64,000 nt of DNA from Synechococcus sp. (GCA_047285535.1 JBJBDC010000001.1:2112136-2176135); one strand, 5' to 3'. Positions 10,278 through 25,025 are shown, numbered from the stretch's first letter. Translations and numbers: made by a program. The notes: generated from the letters alone by a model not told the origin.

Positions 10278-11387
10278 ATGGACCTGAACCTCACACCTCT
10301 CTATGACCTCTGTGTCGAGGCCGGAGGCCGAATGGTGTCCTTCGCTGGATGGACTATGCCCGTTCAGTTCTCGGGACTAGTGGCTGAACACAATGCCGTC
10401 CGCAGCGACACGGGCATGTTTGATATTTCCCACATGGGTGTTCTGCGCATTGAAGGCAAGAACCCAAAAGATGCTCTACAAAAACTGGTACCCAGTGATC
10501 TGCACCGAATCGGCCCCGGCCAGGCTTGCTATTCGGTCCTACTCAATGAGCAGGGCGGAATTATTGATGACTTAATCATCTACGACCTGGGGCCCTCGTT
10601 ATTAGAACCAAGCCATGAAGCATTGCTGGTTGTGATCAATGCAGCTTGTGCAGAAACCGACACGGCGTGGATTCGCAAACATATTGAACGCTCTGATCTG
10701 CAGGTCCTCGACGAAAAGAAAAATGGTGTACTGATTGCTCTACAAGGGCCAAAGGCGATCCGTCTTGTGGAGCGGTTAAGTCAAACAGACCTAAGCGAAC
10801 TACCTCGCTTCGGCCATCGCAATCTCAGCCTTGAAGGACTCACCGCTCCGGTCTTCACAGCCCGTACTGGCTACACCGGAGAAGACGGGGTGGAGATGCT
10901 GCTCAACGCGCAAGATGGACGCCAGCTATGGAAGCAATTGATAGAGGAAGGGGTGACTCCCTGCGGTCTAGGTGCCCGAGACACCTTGCGTCTGGAGGCG
11001 GCGATGCATCTCTATGGACAAGACATGAACGCTGAAACCACGCCTTTCGATGCTGGATTGGGGTGGCTTGTGCATTTAGAAATGCCAGCAAACTTCATTG
11101 GCCGCCAAGCGCTCGAGGCATCCGCAGAACAAGGTCCCACTCAGCGCCTGGTGGGGTTAAAGCTTCAGGGTCGTTCAATTGCTCGCCACGATTATCCCGT
11201 TCTCCACGATGGGGTCGCAGTTGGCAGGGTGACTAGCGGCAGCTGGTCTCCAACCCTTGCAGAACCGATTGCTCTCGCCTTCCTTCCTCCAGCCCTGGCC
11301 AAACTCGGCACTGAGATCAGCGTGGAAATTCGCGGAGAGCCAAAACCCGCCACTGTGGTGAGGCGTCCCTTCTACCGTCGTTCCTGA
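10278..11387 (+). CDS. gcvT: Glycine cleavage system T protein
   Basis: [36 protein letters not shown]. Confidence 0.97.
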   Translation: MDLNLTPLYDLCVEAGGRMVSFAGWTMPVQFSGLVAEHNAVRSDTGMFDISHMGVLRIEGKNPKDALQKLVPSDLHRIGPGQACYSVLLNEQGGIIDDLIIYDLGPSLLEPSHEALLVVINAACAETDTAWIRKHIERSDLQVLDEKKNGVLIALQGPKAIRLVERLSQTDLSELPRFGHRNLSLEGLTAPVFTARTGYTGEDGVEMLLNAQDGRQLWKQLIEEGVTPCGLGARDTLRLEAAMHLYGQDMNAETTPFDAGLGWLVHLEMPANFIGRQALEASAEQGPTQRLVGLKLQGRSIARHDYPVLHDGVAVGRVTSGSWSPTLAEPIALAFLPPALAKLGTEISVEIRGEPKPATVVRRPFYRRS

Positions 11388-11434
11388 TCGGGGCACAGGA
11401 TGTGGGAAACTCGCCTCTCTCCAGCGAAACTCCC

Positions 11435-13270
11435 ATGCGCAGCAACGGATGCGGTGACCTGCGCGACACGCACATCGACGAAACCGTTCAGCTCTGCGGC
11501 TGGGTGGATCGCCGCCGCGACCATGGAGGGGTGATCTTTATCGACCTTCGTGACCGCAGCGGCACCGTTCAGATCACCGTGGATCCTGATCTCGGCGCTC
11601 AAGCATTTGCCGTTGCCGAACACTTGCGCAGCGAAACCGTGTTGCAAATTCAAGGCAAAGTCAGAGCGCGTCCGGCGGAGGCCCTGAATGATCGACTGGC
11701 AACCGGTGCTGTGGAGGTCTTAGCAAGCGAGATCAAACTGCTCAATAGCGTTAAAGGCACTCTTCCCTTTCCGGTGTCTGTGCACGATGAAGAAAACACA
11801 CGAGAAGAACTTCGCCTTCGCTACCGCTTTTTAGATCTGCGCCGCAAGCGCATGAACGACAACCTTCGCTTGCGTGCACAAACCATCCAAACAGCACGGC
11901 GTTTCCTCGAAGCAGAGGGATTCATTGAAGTGGAAACTCCAGTGCTGACGCGTTCAACCCCAGAAGGAGCTAGGGATTACATCCTTCCAAGCCGCGTCTG
12001 CGGTGGCGAATGGTTTGCTCTGCCCCAGTCACCACAGTTGTTCAAGCAGCTGCTGATGGTGGGGGGCATCGAGCGGTATTACCAAGTCGCTCGCTGCTTC
12101 CGAGATGAAGATCTGCGTGCGGATCGACAGCCCGAGTTCACCCAACTGGACATGGAGATGAGCTTCATGGACCAAGAACAGATCCTTGAACTCAACGAGC
12201 GTCTCATTGCAACGATATGGAAAACGGTCAAAGGCATTGATCTCCCGCTCCCCTTCCCGCGCCTCACCTGGCATGAGGCAATGGAGCGCTACGGCACAGA
12301 TCGACCCGACACCAGGTATGAGATGGAGCTCACCAACGTGAGCGACATTGTTAAAGACATGGGCTTCAAGGTGTTCAGCGGAGCCGTGAAAACCGGCGGA
12401 TCGGTGAAGTGCATTGCCGTACCTGGAGGCAATGAAGCCATTTCCAATGTGCGCATCAAACCAGGCGGTGACGTGTTCAGCGAAGCCCAAGCCGCAGGCG
12501 CCGGTGGCCTGGCCTTTATCCGTGTGCGAGAAGGCGGCGAGATCGACACGATTGGTGCCATAAAGGACAACCTTTCAGAAGAGCAGAAGCAAACCATGCT
12601 GGAACGCACAGGGGCTCTGCCTGGAACCCTGCTGCTATTTGGTGCTGGCGACACCGACACCGTGAACAAAGCTCTTGATCGCGTGCGCCAATTTCTCGCG
12701 CGCGAGATGGACATGGTGAAGCCCGACAAGGACAACGATCAATGGAATTTTCTTTGGGTGGTCGATTTCCCAATGTTCGAATTCAACAAGGATGAAGATC
12801 GATTCGAAGCGCTGCATCACCCCTTCTGCGCCCCCAACAACTCTGACCTTGGCGACAATGTCGAGCGCTGGCCTGAAACCCTTCCCACAGCACGCGCCCA
12901 GGCTTACGACTTGGTTTTAAATGGTCTTGAACTGGGTGGGGGCTCCCTGAGGATCCATGACTCTGCCCTCCAGAATCAGGTGCTGGATACCATCGGACTG
13001 TCTCCGAACGAGGTCCAAGAGCAATTCGGATTCTTGGTTAATGCGCTTGATCTGGGAGCACCACCGCATGGCGGATTGGCCTTCGGCATCGACCGATTGG
13101 TGATGTTGCTGGCTGGGGAGGACTCAATCCGTGACACGATTGCGTTTCCGAAAACACAGCAGGCACGCTGCCTGATGACCTCTGCACCTTCAGGGGTGTC
13201 TGAGCGTCAACTCGACGAGCTGCACGTCGCGAGCACTTGGGTGGATCCTGTGACAGAAAACACTGACTAA
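11435..13270 (+). CDS. aspS: Aspartate--tRNA ligase
   Basis: [47 protein letters not shown]. Confidence 0.98.
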   Translation: MRSNGCGDLRDTHIDETVQLCGWVDRRRDHGGVIFIDLRDRSGTVQITVDPDLGAQAFAVAEHLRSETVLQIQGKVRARPAEALNDRLATGAVEVLASEIKLLNSVKGTLPFPVSVHDEENTREELRLRYRFLDLRRKRMNDNLRLRAQTIQTARRFLEAEGFIEVETPVLTRSTPEGARDYILPSRVCGGEWFALPQSPQLFKQLLMVGGIERYYQVARCFRDEDLRADRQPEFTQLDMEMSFMDQEQILELNERLIATIWKTVKGIDLPLPFPRLTWHEAMERYGTDRPDTRYEMELTNVSDIVKDMGFKVFSGAVKTGGSVKCIAVPGGNEAISNVRIKPGGDVFSEAQAAGAGGLAFIRVREGGEIDTIGAIKDNLSEEQKQTMLERTGALPGTLLLFGAGDTDTVNKALDRVRQFLAREMDMVKPDKDNDQWNFLWVVDFPMFEFNKDEDRFEALHHPFCAPNNSDLGDNVERWPETLPTARAQAYDLVLNGLELGGGSLRIHDSALQNQVLDTIGLSPNEVQEQFGFLVNALDLGAPPHGGLAFGIDRLVMLLAGEDSIRDTIAFPKTQQARCLMTSAPSGVSERQLDELHVASTWVDPVTENTD

Positions 13271-13361
13271 ACAGCACAAAACCCGAACAGAAACCAACGT
13301 TTCTGAACACCAACCGCCTTCGACCGAGAACCTTGGGGGACTTACCTAGCAATCGAGCCTT

Positions 13362-14492
13362 TTGTCCACCAGCTCCCCATCGACGGGATCAGCCCCGATC
13401 CGCTGGAGCGGCGGCAATGACCTCTTGCGTCTTTATCTGCAAGACATCGGTCGGGTGGATCTGCTCACTGCAGAAGAAGAGGTAACCCTGTCGCGCCTCG
13501 TACAGCAATACGAGCGCCTCAAACGTGAAGAACGCCAATTAGCAGCAGAGCATCCTGAAATCGAAAAACTGCAGTACCTGGAGGAACTGCAGCAGAGAGA
13601 GGCCAACCATCTTTCGCACTGGCCAACAAGGCAGGAATGGGCAAAGGCCGCCGAGATGCCTTTACAAGAGCTGAACCGAACACTGAATCAGGGCTACGAG
13701 ACCTGGGCAAATCTCATCACCACCGACAGCCGAGAGCTGCAACAACGTCTACGAAGAGGCCGTAAGGCCCGAGACCGCATGATTCAGGCCAATCTTCGCT
13801 TGGTGGTTGCAGTGGCAAAAAAATACCAACATCGAGGCATGGAACTGCTGGACCTGGTGCAAGAGGGCACTCTTGGCCTTGAAAGAGCGGTCGAAAAATT
13901 TGATTCAACACGAGGGTTTCGGTTCAGTACCTACTCCTACTGGTGGATTCGCCAGGGAATCACACGGGCAATCGCTACACAAAGCCGAACAATCCGGTTG
14001 CCTGTTCACATCACCGAAAAACTCAACCGAATCAAGCGGGTTCAGCAAGAGATCGCCAGCAATGAAGGACGCACCGCTTCGGTGACGGATCTAGCGAGAG
14101 AACTAAGTGTCAGCGAAGACACCGTGCGTCAAACGCTGGCTCGAGTTCCGCGATCAGTCTCGCTGGAAACAAAGGTGGGTCGTGATCAAGACACCCAGCT
14201 TGGAGAGCTGCTGGAAGACGGTCATGCCACACCGGAACAAACCCTGACCCGCGATGCACTTCACGATGACCTCGAACATCTGCTCGAAGAGCTAACCCCG
14301 CGAGAAGCAACAGTGATTCGCTTTCGCTTTGGACTCGAAGACGACACCCCACGCACGCTCGCCCAGATTGGCGAAGACATGAACCTCTCCAGAGAAAGGG
14401 TGCGTCAGATCGAAACCCGTGCCCTCCTAAAACTCAGGCAGCCCCAGCGTCGTTGCAAAGTGCGTGACTATATCCAGACACTGGATTCCTGA
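13362..14492 (+). CDS. Group 2 RpoD-like sigma factor
   Basis: ANLRLVVAVAKKY, DLVQEG, FSTYSYWWIRQGITRAI, SRERVRQIE; no region 1.1; TTG start uncertain. Confidence 0.93.
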   Translation: MSTSSPSTGSAPIRWSGGNDLLRLYLQDIGRVDLLTAEEEVTLSRLVQQYERLKREERQLAAEHPEIEKLQYLEELQQREANHLSHWPTRQEWAKAAEMPLQELNRTLNQGYETWANLITTDSRELQQRLRRGRKARDRMIQANLRLVVAVAKKYQHRGMELLDLVQEGTLGLERAVEKFDSTRGFRFSTYSYWWIRQGITRAIATQSRTIRLPVHITEKLNRIKRVQQEIASNEGRTASVTDLARELSVSEDTVRQTLARVPRSVSLETKVGRDQDTQLGELLEDGHATPEQTLTRDALHDDLEHLLEELTPREATVIRFRFGLEDDTPRTLAQIGEDMNLSRERVRQIETRALLKLRQPQRRCKVRDYIQTLDS

Positions 14493-14831
14493 ACCAACAA
14501 ACCGTTCAAAATCATTCAATGCGTGGCTCAAGGCCAAACAGAGTGATGATCATCTCAGACGCAGAACTGGAGAGAATCGCTGCCTGAATCAATCTCCTTG
14601 CCAACACCGACTGACGGCAAAACCCAAGGTTTTGACTGGAACGCGACCTTACCGATGATCATCACGATGCGCCTGATGTTGATGGACTACTCAACCTGCT
14701 GTTCAATGCCCTGAACGTCATGGAAGACAGAGACGGGCTCATGGCGAGGCCCGCGTCAACCACCACGAAAAGCACCACGGATCAGAAGTGATCGCACGGC
14801 TACGGGTTGACGGACTACAGCGGTAAATTGA

Positions 14832-17128
<2,297 letters not shown>

Positions 17129-17486
17129 TTCCCACCGTTCTGCCATGTTGTACCAATGATCTCTGCGGTACAGCAGGGAGAAGGAAGGATCGAAAAACCC
17201 GCGAGGAATGACAACACCAGTTCGCTACTCGAACAGATGAAGCTTTCGATCCTTGCGTCGAAAGCGACCCTATCAACACACAACTCAGATTGATCTTGGC
17301 TTAGTGAGAACGAGAACCTTTCGAATCAACGAACGTGTCCCAGGTCTATAGAAGCCTGGAAAGACTTAATCTGAAACTGACAGAGAGCAGCTCCGCTGTT
17401 CAACGACATGAGTTCGTCATCAACTGCTTCAGCGAGTTGCGGATCAGTCTCGACCTAACTGAATGCATGACTTATAAATGTGGATT

Positions 17487-18245
17487 ATGAATAATTTTCG
17501 GCCAGATATCGAAGCAAAGATCAGTGCTCTTGGCGGCAACACAATCGACCTCCTTAGAAGCACCGGCCTATTGAGGCAATTAATCCGTCGTTTACTCATC
17601 GAGGAAACAACCAAGACTTTCAAGCCGCCGGCGGAACAGATTCAGCAAGCGCTGACCGTCCATTGCCAAAAAGAGCAGCTCAACAACGAAGAAGCTCTGA
17701 AGCACTGGCTAGCAGAGCGCTGTATCACTCGGGACGAATTACAACTGCAAGTCAGTCTTCCAATCAAGCTCAACAAACTGGCCATCGATTCCTTTGGAGC
17801 CAAAGCAGAAGCACAATTTCTACAGCGCAAAGCAGCACTCGATCAGGCGACCTACAGCCTGCTGCGTGTGAAGGATTCAGGACTTGCCCATGAGCTCTAT
17901 CTGCAACTAGAAGCAGGTGAAGCGAATTTTGAACACCTGGCGAGCGAATACAGCGCAGGACCTGAGCAGCGCAGTGGTGGCCGGGTTGGGCCAGCCCCCT
18001 TAATACGCGCCCATCCAAAGTTGAGCCAGCGTTTACGAACAGCCACCCCAGGGGTCGTTCTCGAGCCCGTACTGATTGAAGAATGGTGGGTCGTGGCGAG
18101 ACTGGAGGAGCACATCGAGGCCAGCTTTGATGATCAAATGCACCAACGCATGGCAAGCGAACTTCTTGAGCATTGGCTCCAGACCGAGACCAACGAGCTC
18201 GCCAAAACCATCTCCGCCTGCACGAACTCGCAGGACCGTATCTGA
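17487..18245 (+). CDS. PpiC/parvulin-type peptidyl-prolyl isomerase associated with T1SS
   Basis: FEHLASEYS...SGGRVG parvulin-like segment; TGATG-coupled to the ABC transporter. Confidence 0.85.
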   Translation: MNNFRPDIEAKISALGGNTIDLLRSTGLLRQLIRRLLIEETTKTFKPPAEQIQQALTVHCQKEQLNNEEALKHWLAERCITRDELQLQVSLPIKLNKLAIDSFGAKAEAQFLQRKAALDQATYSLLRVKDSGLAHELYLQLEAGEANFEHLASEYSAGPEQRSGGRVGPAPLIRAHPKLSQRLRTATPGVVLEPVLIEEWWVVARLEEHIEASFDDQMHQRMASELLEHWLQTETNELAKTISACTNSQDRI

Positions 18246-21199
18246 TGCCCCCAACTTCTTCACCTTCAAATGGTCTGCAGGCCCTCCAGAGGATCTTCTC
18301 TGAACGTGGGGAACTCCTTCGATACGAGATCGGCCAACGTCTTTGTGAGGGCCAATTTATTCCAGGCCAGGTGTTGTTGATCGAAAGGGGCAGTGCCCGT
18401 CTTCTTGGAGAGCAAGAAGGCCGGCTCAGTACCCTCGCCAAACTAGAGGCAGGTGAATTCATTGGTGCTGCTTCGTTATTAAGAGGAGCACCATGCGAAG
18501 AGGTTAGAGCTGCGTCTGAGCTCGTGGCATACCAACTGAGCGACAACGATTTTCTAGACCTCATCCGAGATAACCCAGCAGCAGCTAGTTGCAGGAGTCA
18601 TTTATGGACAGCTGAGTTAGCAGCACTTCTCAGCACTCTTCTGCATCAAACACCAAAACAAACGCGAACGCTGAACAGCTGGCTCCAAGAACTGATGCCA
18701 CAGGCTCAGCTCCTCGATGCCTCTGACGACACTGCGGTCCAAAACGCCTTCAATACCAATCAGCGTCTCTTCCTCGGCGGAGAACCGGCAGAACCAGGCC
18801 ATGGAGAGATGGGGCAAGAGTTCAGAAACGTCAAGGACATCTCAGCTTTACCAGGAGGACTGCATCAACTGCCGTTGCGGCTGATCGCCCTTCCCGATTC
18901 TGCGATCCAAGAGCTCAATGTAGAGGCAACAGCGGAACTCGTTTGCGCCGAAGTCGTCGGGACCATCCCCCCAGCAGACCAAGCCCCTGACCAAGCCATC
19001 CCTACAGCACCTGTCAGGCCACCAGTCAGTCGCTTTAACAGCAACAGTGTTGAGAACCAGAACTTCTTTGTCAGCGGGGAAGGACCGTTGCAGGAAACCC
19101 TCGCCTGCTTCCAGATGCTGGCCAAGCTGATGAAGTTGCCGTTCCGGCGCGACGCCATTGAAAAGGTGCTGCGCGATCAATTGCGTCGCGGCCAAACCCC
19201 AACCCTTCGCTTATGTGGACAGATAGCAGCAAGCCTTGGCTTGCATGTGTCGGGCGCGACGGTTGCAGCGCGGTTCGGCACCCGCTTACAGACACCAACC
19301 ATGATCCCCTGGCAGGGTGGATTCGCTCTCGCAACGCGAAGTGATGAACGCGGTTTGGTACTGGCATCGCCGAGTCAGGGATTCGTAGATCTTCCAGTCT
19401 CAAAACTCGAGGACGTGTTCCCTGAAGGAATCGAGCTATTACTGCTCGATCGCACAAACACCACTCCTGAACAGAATTTTGGACCGGGCTGGTTCTGGCC
19501 GGCGCTCAAGCGGTATCGCAGCGTGTTGATCCAAGTGCTTGCCGCCAGCTTCGTCGTACAGCTGTTCACACTGGCCAATCCATTACTGATCCAGGTGATC
19601 ATCGACAAGGTGATCAACCAGCGCAGCCTTGACACCCTTCAAGTGCTGGGAATCGCCCTTGTTGCAGTGACCATTCTTGAAGGTGTACTTGGAAGTCTCA
19701 AAACATTCCTCTTCGCCGAAACCACCAACCGCATCGACCAACGTCTAGGAGCAGAAGTCATTGACCACCTTTTACGCCTGCCACTTGGCTATTTCGATAA
19801 GCGCCCCGTTGGAGAACTGGGCTCGAGGATCAGCGAACTCGAAAAGATCCGCAACTTCCTGACGGGTCAGGCCCTCACCACACTTCTTGATGCCGCTTTC
19901 TCGGTGATCTACATCGTTGTGATGCTGTTTTACAGCTGGGTGCTGACACTCATCGCCCTTGCCGTATTGCCGATTCAGGTTGGTCTCACTCTGCTTGGTG
20001 CACCCCTGTTCAGGCGTCAATACCGACAAGCAGCGGAAGCTAACGCCAAAACCCAGAGCCACTTAGTGGAGGTACTGACTGGAATCCAGACCGTCAAGAG
20101 TCAGAACGTGGAAATGGTGAGCCGCTACACGTGGCAGGAGCGCTACGCCGAGTACATCAGCCGCACTTTTGAAAAAACAATCAGCGGAACAGCACTAAGC
20201 CAAACCTCCCAGGTGCTGCAAAAAATCTCTCAGCTCTTGGTGCTGTGGGTCGGGGCAACTCTGGTTCTCTCCGGTGATCTGACCCTGGGACAACTGATCG
20301 CATTCCGAATCATTTCCGGTTATGTCACCCAACCACTACTTCGCCTTTCAACCATCTGGCAAAGCATCCAGGAACTGAAGGTGAGCTTTGAAAGACTCGC
20401 TGATGTGATCGATACACCGCAAGAGTCAAACGAACTCGACAAAGCGAAAGTGCCACTCCCCTCTCTTCAGGGAGACGTGAGCTTCGAAAACCTCACGTTT
20501 GCATTCAGCAAGGGTTCGGCACCGGTTCTCAATAATATCGATTTAAACATCAAGGCTGGAACCTTCGTAGGAATCGTGGGGCAGAGCGGCAGCGGTAAGA
20601 GCACACTGATGAAACTGCTCCCTAGGCTCTATGCCCCTGATGAAGGAAGGATCCTGATCGATGGCTACGACATCGACAAAGTGGAACTGTATTCACTACG
20701 TCGCCAGATTGGTATCGTGCCTCAGGATCCACTGTTGTTCTCAGGCAGCGTAAGCGAAAACATCGCCCTCACCCAGCCTGATGTCTCAAGCGAGACGATC
20801 GTGACAGCCGCCAAGATCGCCTGCGCCCATGACTTCATCATGCAACTACCGAGCGGTTACTCCACACCTGTGGGTGAACGTGGAGCATCACTCAGTGGTG
20901 GACAACGACAACGAATCGCCATTGCCCGAACGCTGCTCGCCAATCCAAAACTTCTAGTGATGGATGAAGCCACCAGCGCGCTGGACTACGAAACTGAGCG
21001 CAAGGTTTGCGACAACTTGATCAATACATTGCAGGACTGCACCGTGTTCTTCATTACGCACCGCCTATCCACCGTGCGCAGAGCCGAGCGGATCGTGGTG
21101 ATGCATCAGGGAGCCCTTGCTGAACAAGGATCACACGATGAATTGATGGAAAAACGCGGCCGATACTTCGCCCTTTACCGACAGCAGGAGGCCAGCTGA
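18245..21199 (+). CDS. HlyB-family type I secretion ABC transporter (cNMP-like + C39-like + TMD + NBD)
   Basis: GQSGSGKST, LSGGQRQR, DEATSALD; N-terminal cNMP-binding-like domain; FTLANPLLIQVIIDKV TMD. Confidence 0.93.
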   Translation: MPPTSSPSNGLQALQRIFSERGELLRYEIGQRLCEGQFIPGQVLLIERGSARLLGEQEGRLSTLAKLEAGEFIGAASLLRGAPCEEVRAASELVAYQLSDNDFLDLIRDNPAAASCRSHLWTAELAALLSTLLHQTPKQTRTLNSWLQELMPQAQLLDASDDTAVQNAFNTNQRLFLGGEPAEPGHGEMGQEFRNVKDISALPGGLHQLPLRLIALPDSAIQELNVEATAELVCAEVVGTIPPADQAPDQAIPTAPVRPPVSRFNSNSVENQNFFVSGEGPLQETLACFQMLAKLMKLPFRRDAIEKVLRDQLRRGQTPTLRLCGQIAASLGLHVSGATVAARFGTRLQTPTMIPWQGGFALATRSDERGLVLASPSQGFVDLPVSKLEDVFPEGIELLLLDRTNTTPEQNFGPGWFWPALKRYRSVLIQVLAASFVVQLFTLANPLLIQVIIDKVINQRSLDTLQVLGIALVAVTILEGVLGSLKTFLFAETTNRIDQRLGAEVIDHLLRLPLGYFDKRPVGELGSRISELEKIRNFLTGQALTTLLDAAFSVIYIVVMLFYSWVLTLIALAVLPIQVGLTLLGAPLFRRQYRQAAEANAKTQSHLVEVLTGIQTVKSQNVEMVSRYTWQERYAEYISRTFEKTISGTALSQTSQVLQKISQLLVLWVGATLVLSGDLTLGQLIAFRIISGYVTQPLLRLSTIWQSIQELKVSFERLADVIDTPQESNELDKAKVPLPSLQGDVSFENLTFAFSKGSAPVLNNIDLNIKAGTFVGIVGQSGSGKSTLMKLLPRLYAPDEGRILIDGYDIDKVELYSLRRQIGIVPQDPLLFSGSVSENIALTQPDVSSETIVTAAKIACAHDFIMQLPSGYSTPVGERGASLSGGQRQRIAIARTLLANPKLLVMDEATSALDYETERKVCDNLINTLQDCTVFFITHRLSTVRRAERIVVMHQGALAEQGSHDELMEKRGRYFALYRQQEAS

Positions 21200-21202
21200 A
21201 TC

Positions 21203-22453
21203 ATGACTGACCCAAACAAATATCCTGAGAAGAGCAGCAGCACTAACCCGATTGGGAATCTGATTCGCCAAGCCCAGAACAAGCTCGAAAGCAGCGTCAG
21301 CAGTGCGGATCACAACGAAGGCGTCCTTCAGCAAAGTCAGGTGTGGGTCAAAGCTGTGACCTGGAGCCTGATCGGCACAACCTTATTCGGCATCGCTTGG
21401 CTGGGGATCGCACGCACTGAAGAAGTGGTGGTAGCCACAGGAAAACTCGAACCTGTTGGCAACGTCAAAGAGATACGAATCCCAGCGGGCGCCGTAGTGG
21501 AAGACATCCTGGTCAAAAATGGTGAACAGGTGAGCAAGGACCAAGCTCTGATTCTGCTTGATCAGGAGAGTACAGCCGAACAGCTCAATTCACTCGAACA
21601 AGGTCTCAAGGAGAAAACATCGCAAATCGTCCAGAAACAGGAACAGTTATCCCTCAAAAAACTGGAAAGAGATCGCACCTTCGAACTCAATCGTGAACAA
21701 CTTGCAACTACCCGAGATAATTTGGCACTTGAAAATCAGATTTTAGATCGACTTCAAAGTCTAGCCAAACAGGGAGGCATACCAGACATCCAATACTTGC
21801 AGCAACGAAACAAAGTACATGGCCTAAGAGGAGAATTAACGAAGTTAGAAATTGAAGGCAAGCGCCAGATCAATCAAATCAACCAACAGATTGAACAAAT
21901 CAATGCCGAACTGGCTGGTCTCCGCAGTGAACGTGCTCAGCTCAATGCCAATCTTACTGAAGTGAAAGTAACTAACAAGAATCAGACCCTGCGAGCACCG
22001 GTCAGTGGCATTGTCTTTGATTTGCAGCTGAACAACCCTGGTTACATCTCGCAAGCACAATCGTCTGAAGCCATGTTGAAGATAGTGCCTTTTAACACCC
22101 TGGAAGCCGATGTAGAGATTCCCAGCAACAAAATCGGGTTTGTGCGCACTGGCCAACCAGCTGAAATCAGCATTGATTCTTTCCCCTCCAGTGATTTTGG
22201 AGTGCTGGAAGGAACAGTCATATCGGTGGGCTCGGATGCACTCCCACCAGATCAACAAAAGATGCGTCAGGGCTACTCCTACCCTGCAGCCATCAAACTA
22301 GATAGTCAGCAATTAAAAATAAAAAACGGAACGTCGTTGCCATTGCAAGTAGGCATGTCTCTTACCGCCAATATCAAACTACGAAGCGTTAGCTATTTGC
22401 AATTACTTCTAAACACTTTCCAAAGCAAAACCGACTCGCTGCGAGAACTCTGA
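21203..22453 (+). CDS. HlyD-family membrane fusion protein
   Basis: N-terminal TM, VVVATGKLEP, coiled coil, LRAPVSG, LQVGMSLTANIK. Confidence 0.92.
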   Translation: MTDPNKYPEKSSSTNPIGNLIRQAQNKLESSVSSADHNEGVLQQSQVWVKAVTWSLIGTTLFGIAWLGIARTEEVVVATGKLEPVGNVKEIRIPAGAVVEDILVKNGEQVSKDQALILLDQESTAEQLNSLEQGLKEKTSQIVQKQEQLSLKKLERDRTFELNREQLATTRDNLALENQILDRLQSLAKQGGIPDIQYLQQRNKVHGLRGELTKLEIEGKRQINQINQQIEQINAELAGLRSERAQLNANLTEVKVTNKNQTLRAPVSGIVFDLQLNNPGYISQAQSSEAMLKIVPFNTLEADVEIPSNKIGFVRTGQPAEISIDSFPSSDFGVLEGTVISVGSDALPPDQQKMRQGYSYPAAIKLDSQQLKIKNGTSLPLQVGMSLTANIKLRSVSYLQLLLNTFQSKTDSLREL

Positions 22454-22456
22454 AGA

Positions 22457-22972
22457 TCAAAGCGGTAAAGCTTCTTGCTGCTTGGTCTCAGCCTTCCACA
22501 CTCGCCAGCGCAACTCCATCCCGTCGGGTAAATCAACAACAATTGGCCAAGATGCGTTGTAGGGAATGAGATAAGGCTGTTTGCCAAGGGACAAAAAAGA
22601 ACGGCTTATCGATTGATTCGGAGTACAAGCCTTACGCGTGCTCAAGACAATCACCGGCCCCCTAACCTCAAACAAAGCCTTACCAGAGGCCTTAGGGAGC
22701 CGACGCATCGATAGGGACGACCCCGACAAACGCTTGATGTTGCAATCAACATCCACTTCTTTCCCCACGATGAGTTGAATGCGCCAATCGATGGGATTGG
22801 AAGAGATCATGGCATCGTCACTCTTCGGCAGCAGTCCGGAGGGCTGGATCACCCAACGGTTCAAGCCTCCTCTGGGTGCTGGGTATCCACTCAGATCAAG
22901 ACGAGGAATCGCCACAGCAGCATCACTGAGCGCCACGAACAACAGAGGAAGTGCAAACCTCCACAGACCCAT
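22457..22972 (-). CDS. eco: Ecotin-family serine protease inhibitor
   Basis: Signal peptide, [34 protein letters not shown]. Confidence 0.85.
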   Translation of the reverse strand: MGLWRFALPLLFVALSDAAVAIPRLDLSGYPAPRGGLNRWVIQPSGLLPKSDDAMISSNPIDWRIQLIVGKEVDVDCNIKRLSGSSLSMRRLPKASGKALFEVRGPVIVLSTRKACTPNQSISRSFLSLGKQPYLIPYNASWPIVVDLPDGMELRWRVWKAETKQQEALPL

Positions 22973-23004
22973 CGTCATACCCAAAGGGCAACAGAATGCC
23001 CAGC

Positions 23005-23685
23005 ATGACCGATTCCACCGCGATTGCCCTGCTCTCGGGCGGGCTTGATTCCGCAACAGCTGCTGCCCTGGCCATGAAATCAGGCTTCCGCGTGATTGGG
23101 TTGTCCTTTGATTACGGCCAGCGTCACCATCGTGAACTCGATGCCGCAGCTGACGTCGCCAAGGCTCTGAATCTCTCGGAGCACCACATCATCCAGGTGA
23201 ATCTTGCGAGTTGGGGAGGTTCCTCTCTGACCGATCACAACCAGGCACTGCCAACAGGAGGCGTGCAGGAGGGTGTGATTCCAAACACGTATGTTCCAGG
23301 GCGAAACACCGTCTTTATTTCGATTGGACTCAGCCTTGCCGAAGCACGAGCAGCTGATCGCTTGGTCCTGGGCGTTAATGCTGTGGACTACTCGGGCTAT
23401 CCCGACTGCCGACCGGATTACTTGAAGGCGTTTCAGGCTTTAGCTGATCTCAGCAGCCGCGCTGGTAGAGAAGGCCATGGTCCAAAGCTGTGGGCACCTT
23501 TGGTGGAGTGGACTAAACAACAAATTGCAGAAGAAGCACTACTGCTGGGTGTTCCGATCGAACGCACCTGGAGTTGCTACAGCGGCGGTAGCGAGCCCTG
23601 TGGGGTGTGCGACAGCTGTCGAATCCGTGATGAGGCTTTGCTCGCCATCGGACGACCAGATCTTTGCAGTCCTGGCTGTCCATGA
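23005..23685 (+). CDS. queC: 7-cyano-7-deazaguanine synthase
   Basis: [31 protein letters not shown]. Confidence 0.96.
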   Translation: MTDSTAIALLSGGLDSATAAALAMKSGFRVIGLSFDYGQRHHRELDAAADVAKALNLSEHHIIQVNLASWGGSSLTDHNQALPTGGVQEGVIPNTYVPGRNTVFISIGLSLAEARAADRLVLGVNAVDYSGYPDCRPDYLKAFQALADLSSRAGREGHGPKLWAPLVEWTKQQIAEEALLLGVPIERTWSCYSGGSEPCGVCDSCRIRDEALLAIGRPDLCSPGCP

Positions 23686-25025
23686 ACTCCAATGAAACCA
23701 ACAGCGAAGAGCTGATCCGCAGCGCCCACCCCTGGACCGATCCTCAAGTGGTGGCATCGGCCTTAATTCAGGACCATGGTGAAGCCGGTTTGATCTGGCT
23801 CGATGGTGACGGAAGCGAACTCGGCCGTTGGCTCACCCTGGCCGTTAACCCTCTTGAACAAATCTGTTGCCGAGGTTTACCAGGGGAAAAGGGCGCCACC
23901 AATCCATTCCAAGCTCTAAGGTCGCTGACTCCAGGTCACTGGACAGGCTGGCTGAGTTATGACTCCGCATCCTGGCTGGAACCGAAAAATTCGTGGCGAA
24001 CCGATGCCATGGCGAGTCTCTGGATGGGACGGCATGACCCCGTTCTGCGCTTCGACCTACAACAACAAGAGGTTTGGATTGAAGGAACCGATGCCAAACG
24101 CCATGCCGAAATGGAACGCTGGTTTCTTGGTTTTGATCGGAGCGTGAATGAAACCAATGATCGAGGCCAGCATGCCAAACCCATTCACACATCGTGGGTG
24201 CGCCATAGCGACAGGAATGACTATGCAGCGGGTGTGCAACGAATCCGTGAGCTGATCGCCATTGGTGATCTTTTTCAGGCCAATCTCACCAGCTGCGCAC
24301 ACACCATTTTGCAGCAGCCCATCAGCAATCTGGATCTCTTTCTACGTTTGCGTCAGCGCTGCCCTGCCCCCTTTGCTGGATTGGTCGTTGCCAGTGGTGA
24401 AGCCCACGGAGAAGCGCTTCTATCGACCTCACCGGAACGATTCATGGAAGTATTGCCGAATGGTGCCGTACAAACAAGACCCATCAAGGGAACACGCCCT
24501 CGTGATCCAGACCCACAACGCGATGCTGATCATGCCGCTGAATTGATCTGCAGTGAAAAAGACCGTGCCGAAAACGTGATGATCGTCGACTTGCTCCGCA
24601 ATGACTTAGGCAGGGTCTGCGTACCAGGCAGTATTGAGGTCTCTGAATTAGTCAATCTCGAGAGCTATGCCCAAGTCCATCACCTCACATCGGTCGTCAA
24701 AGGTCAACTCCGAGTCGACAGGAACTGGGTAGACCTTCTGGAAGCGAGCTGGCCAGGAGGTTCCATCAGTGGAGCCCCAAAACTAAGAGCGTGTCAAAGG
24801 CTCCAGGAATTAGAGCCTAAGGGTCGCGGTCCTTACTGTGGCTCCTTGCTGAATATCAATTGGGATGGGCGTTTAGACAGTAATATTCTGATCCGCACCG
24901 TGCTTCGCAAAGGGCAAGAGCTTCGGGTGCATGCAGGCTGTGGAATTGTCGCCGACTCTGATCCTCAAGCGGAAGCCGACGAACTCGATTGGAAACTGCT
25001 GCCACTTTTAGAGGCACTTGAGTGA
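23682..25025 (+). CDS. pabB: Aminodeoxychorismate synthase component I (chorismate-binding family)
   Basis: [38 protein letters not shown]; adjacent class-IV aminotransferase. Confidence 0.85.
   Translation: MNSNETNSEELIRSAHPWTDPQVVASALIQDHGEAGLIWLDGDGSELGRWLTLAVNPLEQICCRGLPGEKGATNPFQALRSLTPGHWTGWLSYDSASWLEPKNSWRTDAMASLWMGRHDPVLRFDLQQQEVWIEGTDAKRHAEMERWFLGFDRSVNETNDRGQHAKPIHTSWVRHSDRNDYAAGVQRIRELIAIGDLFQANLTSCAHTILQQPISNLDLFLRLRQRCPAPFAGLVVASGEAHGEALLSTSPERFMEVLPNGAVQTRPIKGTRPRDPDPQRDADHAAELICSEKDRAENVMIVDLLRNDLGRVCVPGSIEVSELVNLESYAQVHHLTSVVKGQLRVDRNWVDLLEASWPGGSISGAPKLRACQRLQELEPKGRGPYCGSLLNINWDGRLDSNILIRTVLRKGQELRVHAGCGIVADSDPQAEADELDWKLLPLLEALE

Noticed and set aside
19071..19457. Numerous antisense or alternate-frame ORFs inside long genes (this one as an example)
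   Set aside because: Shadow ORFs of well-supported genes with no independent motifs
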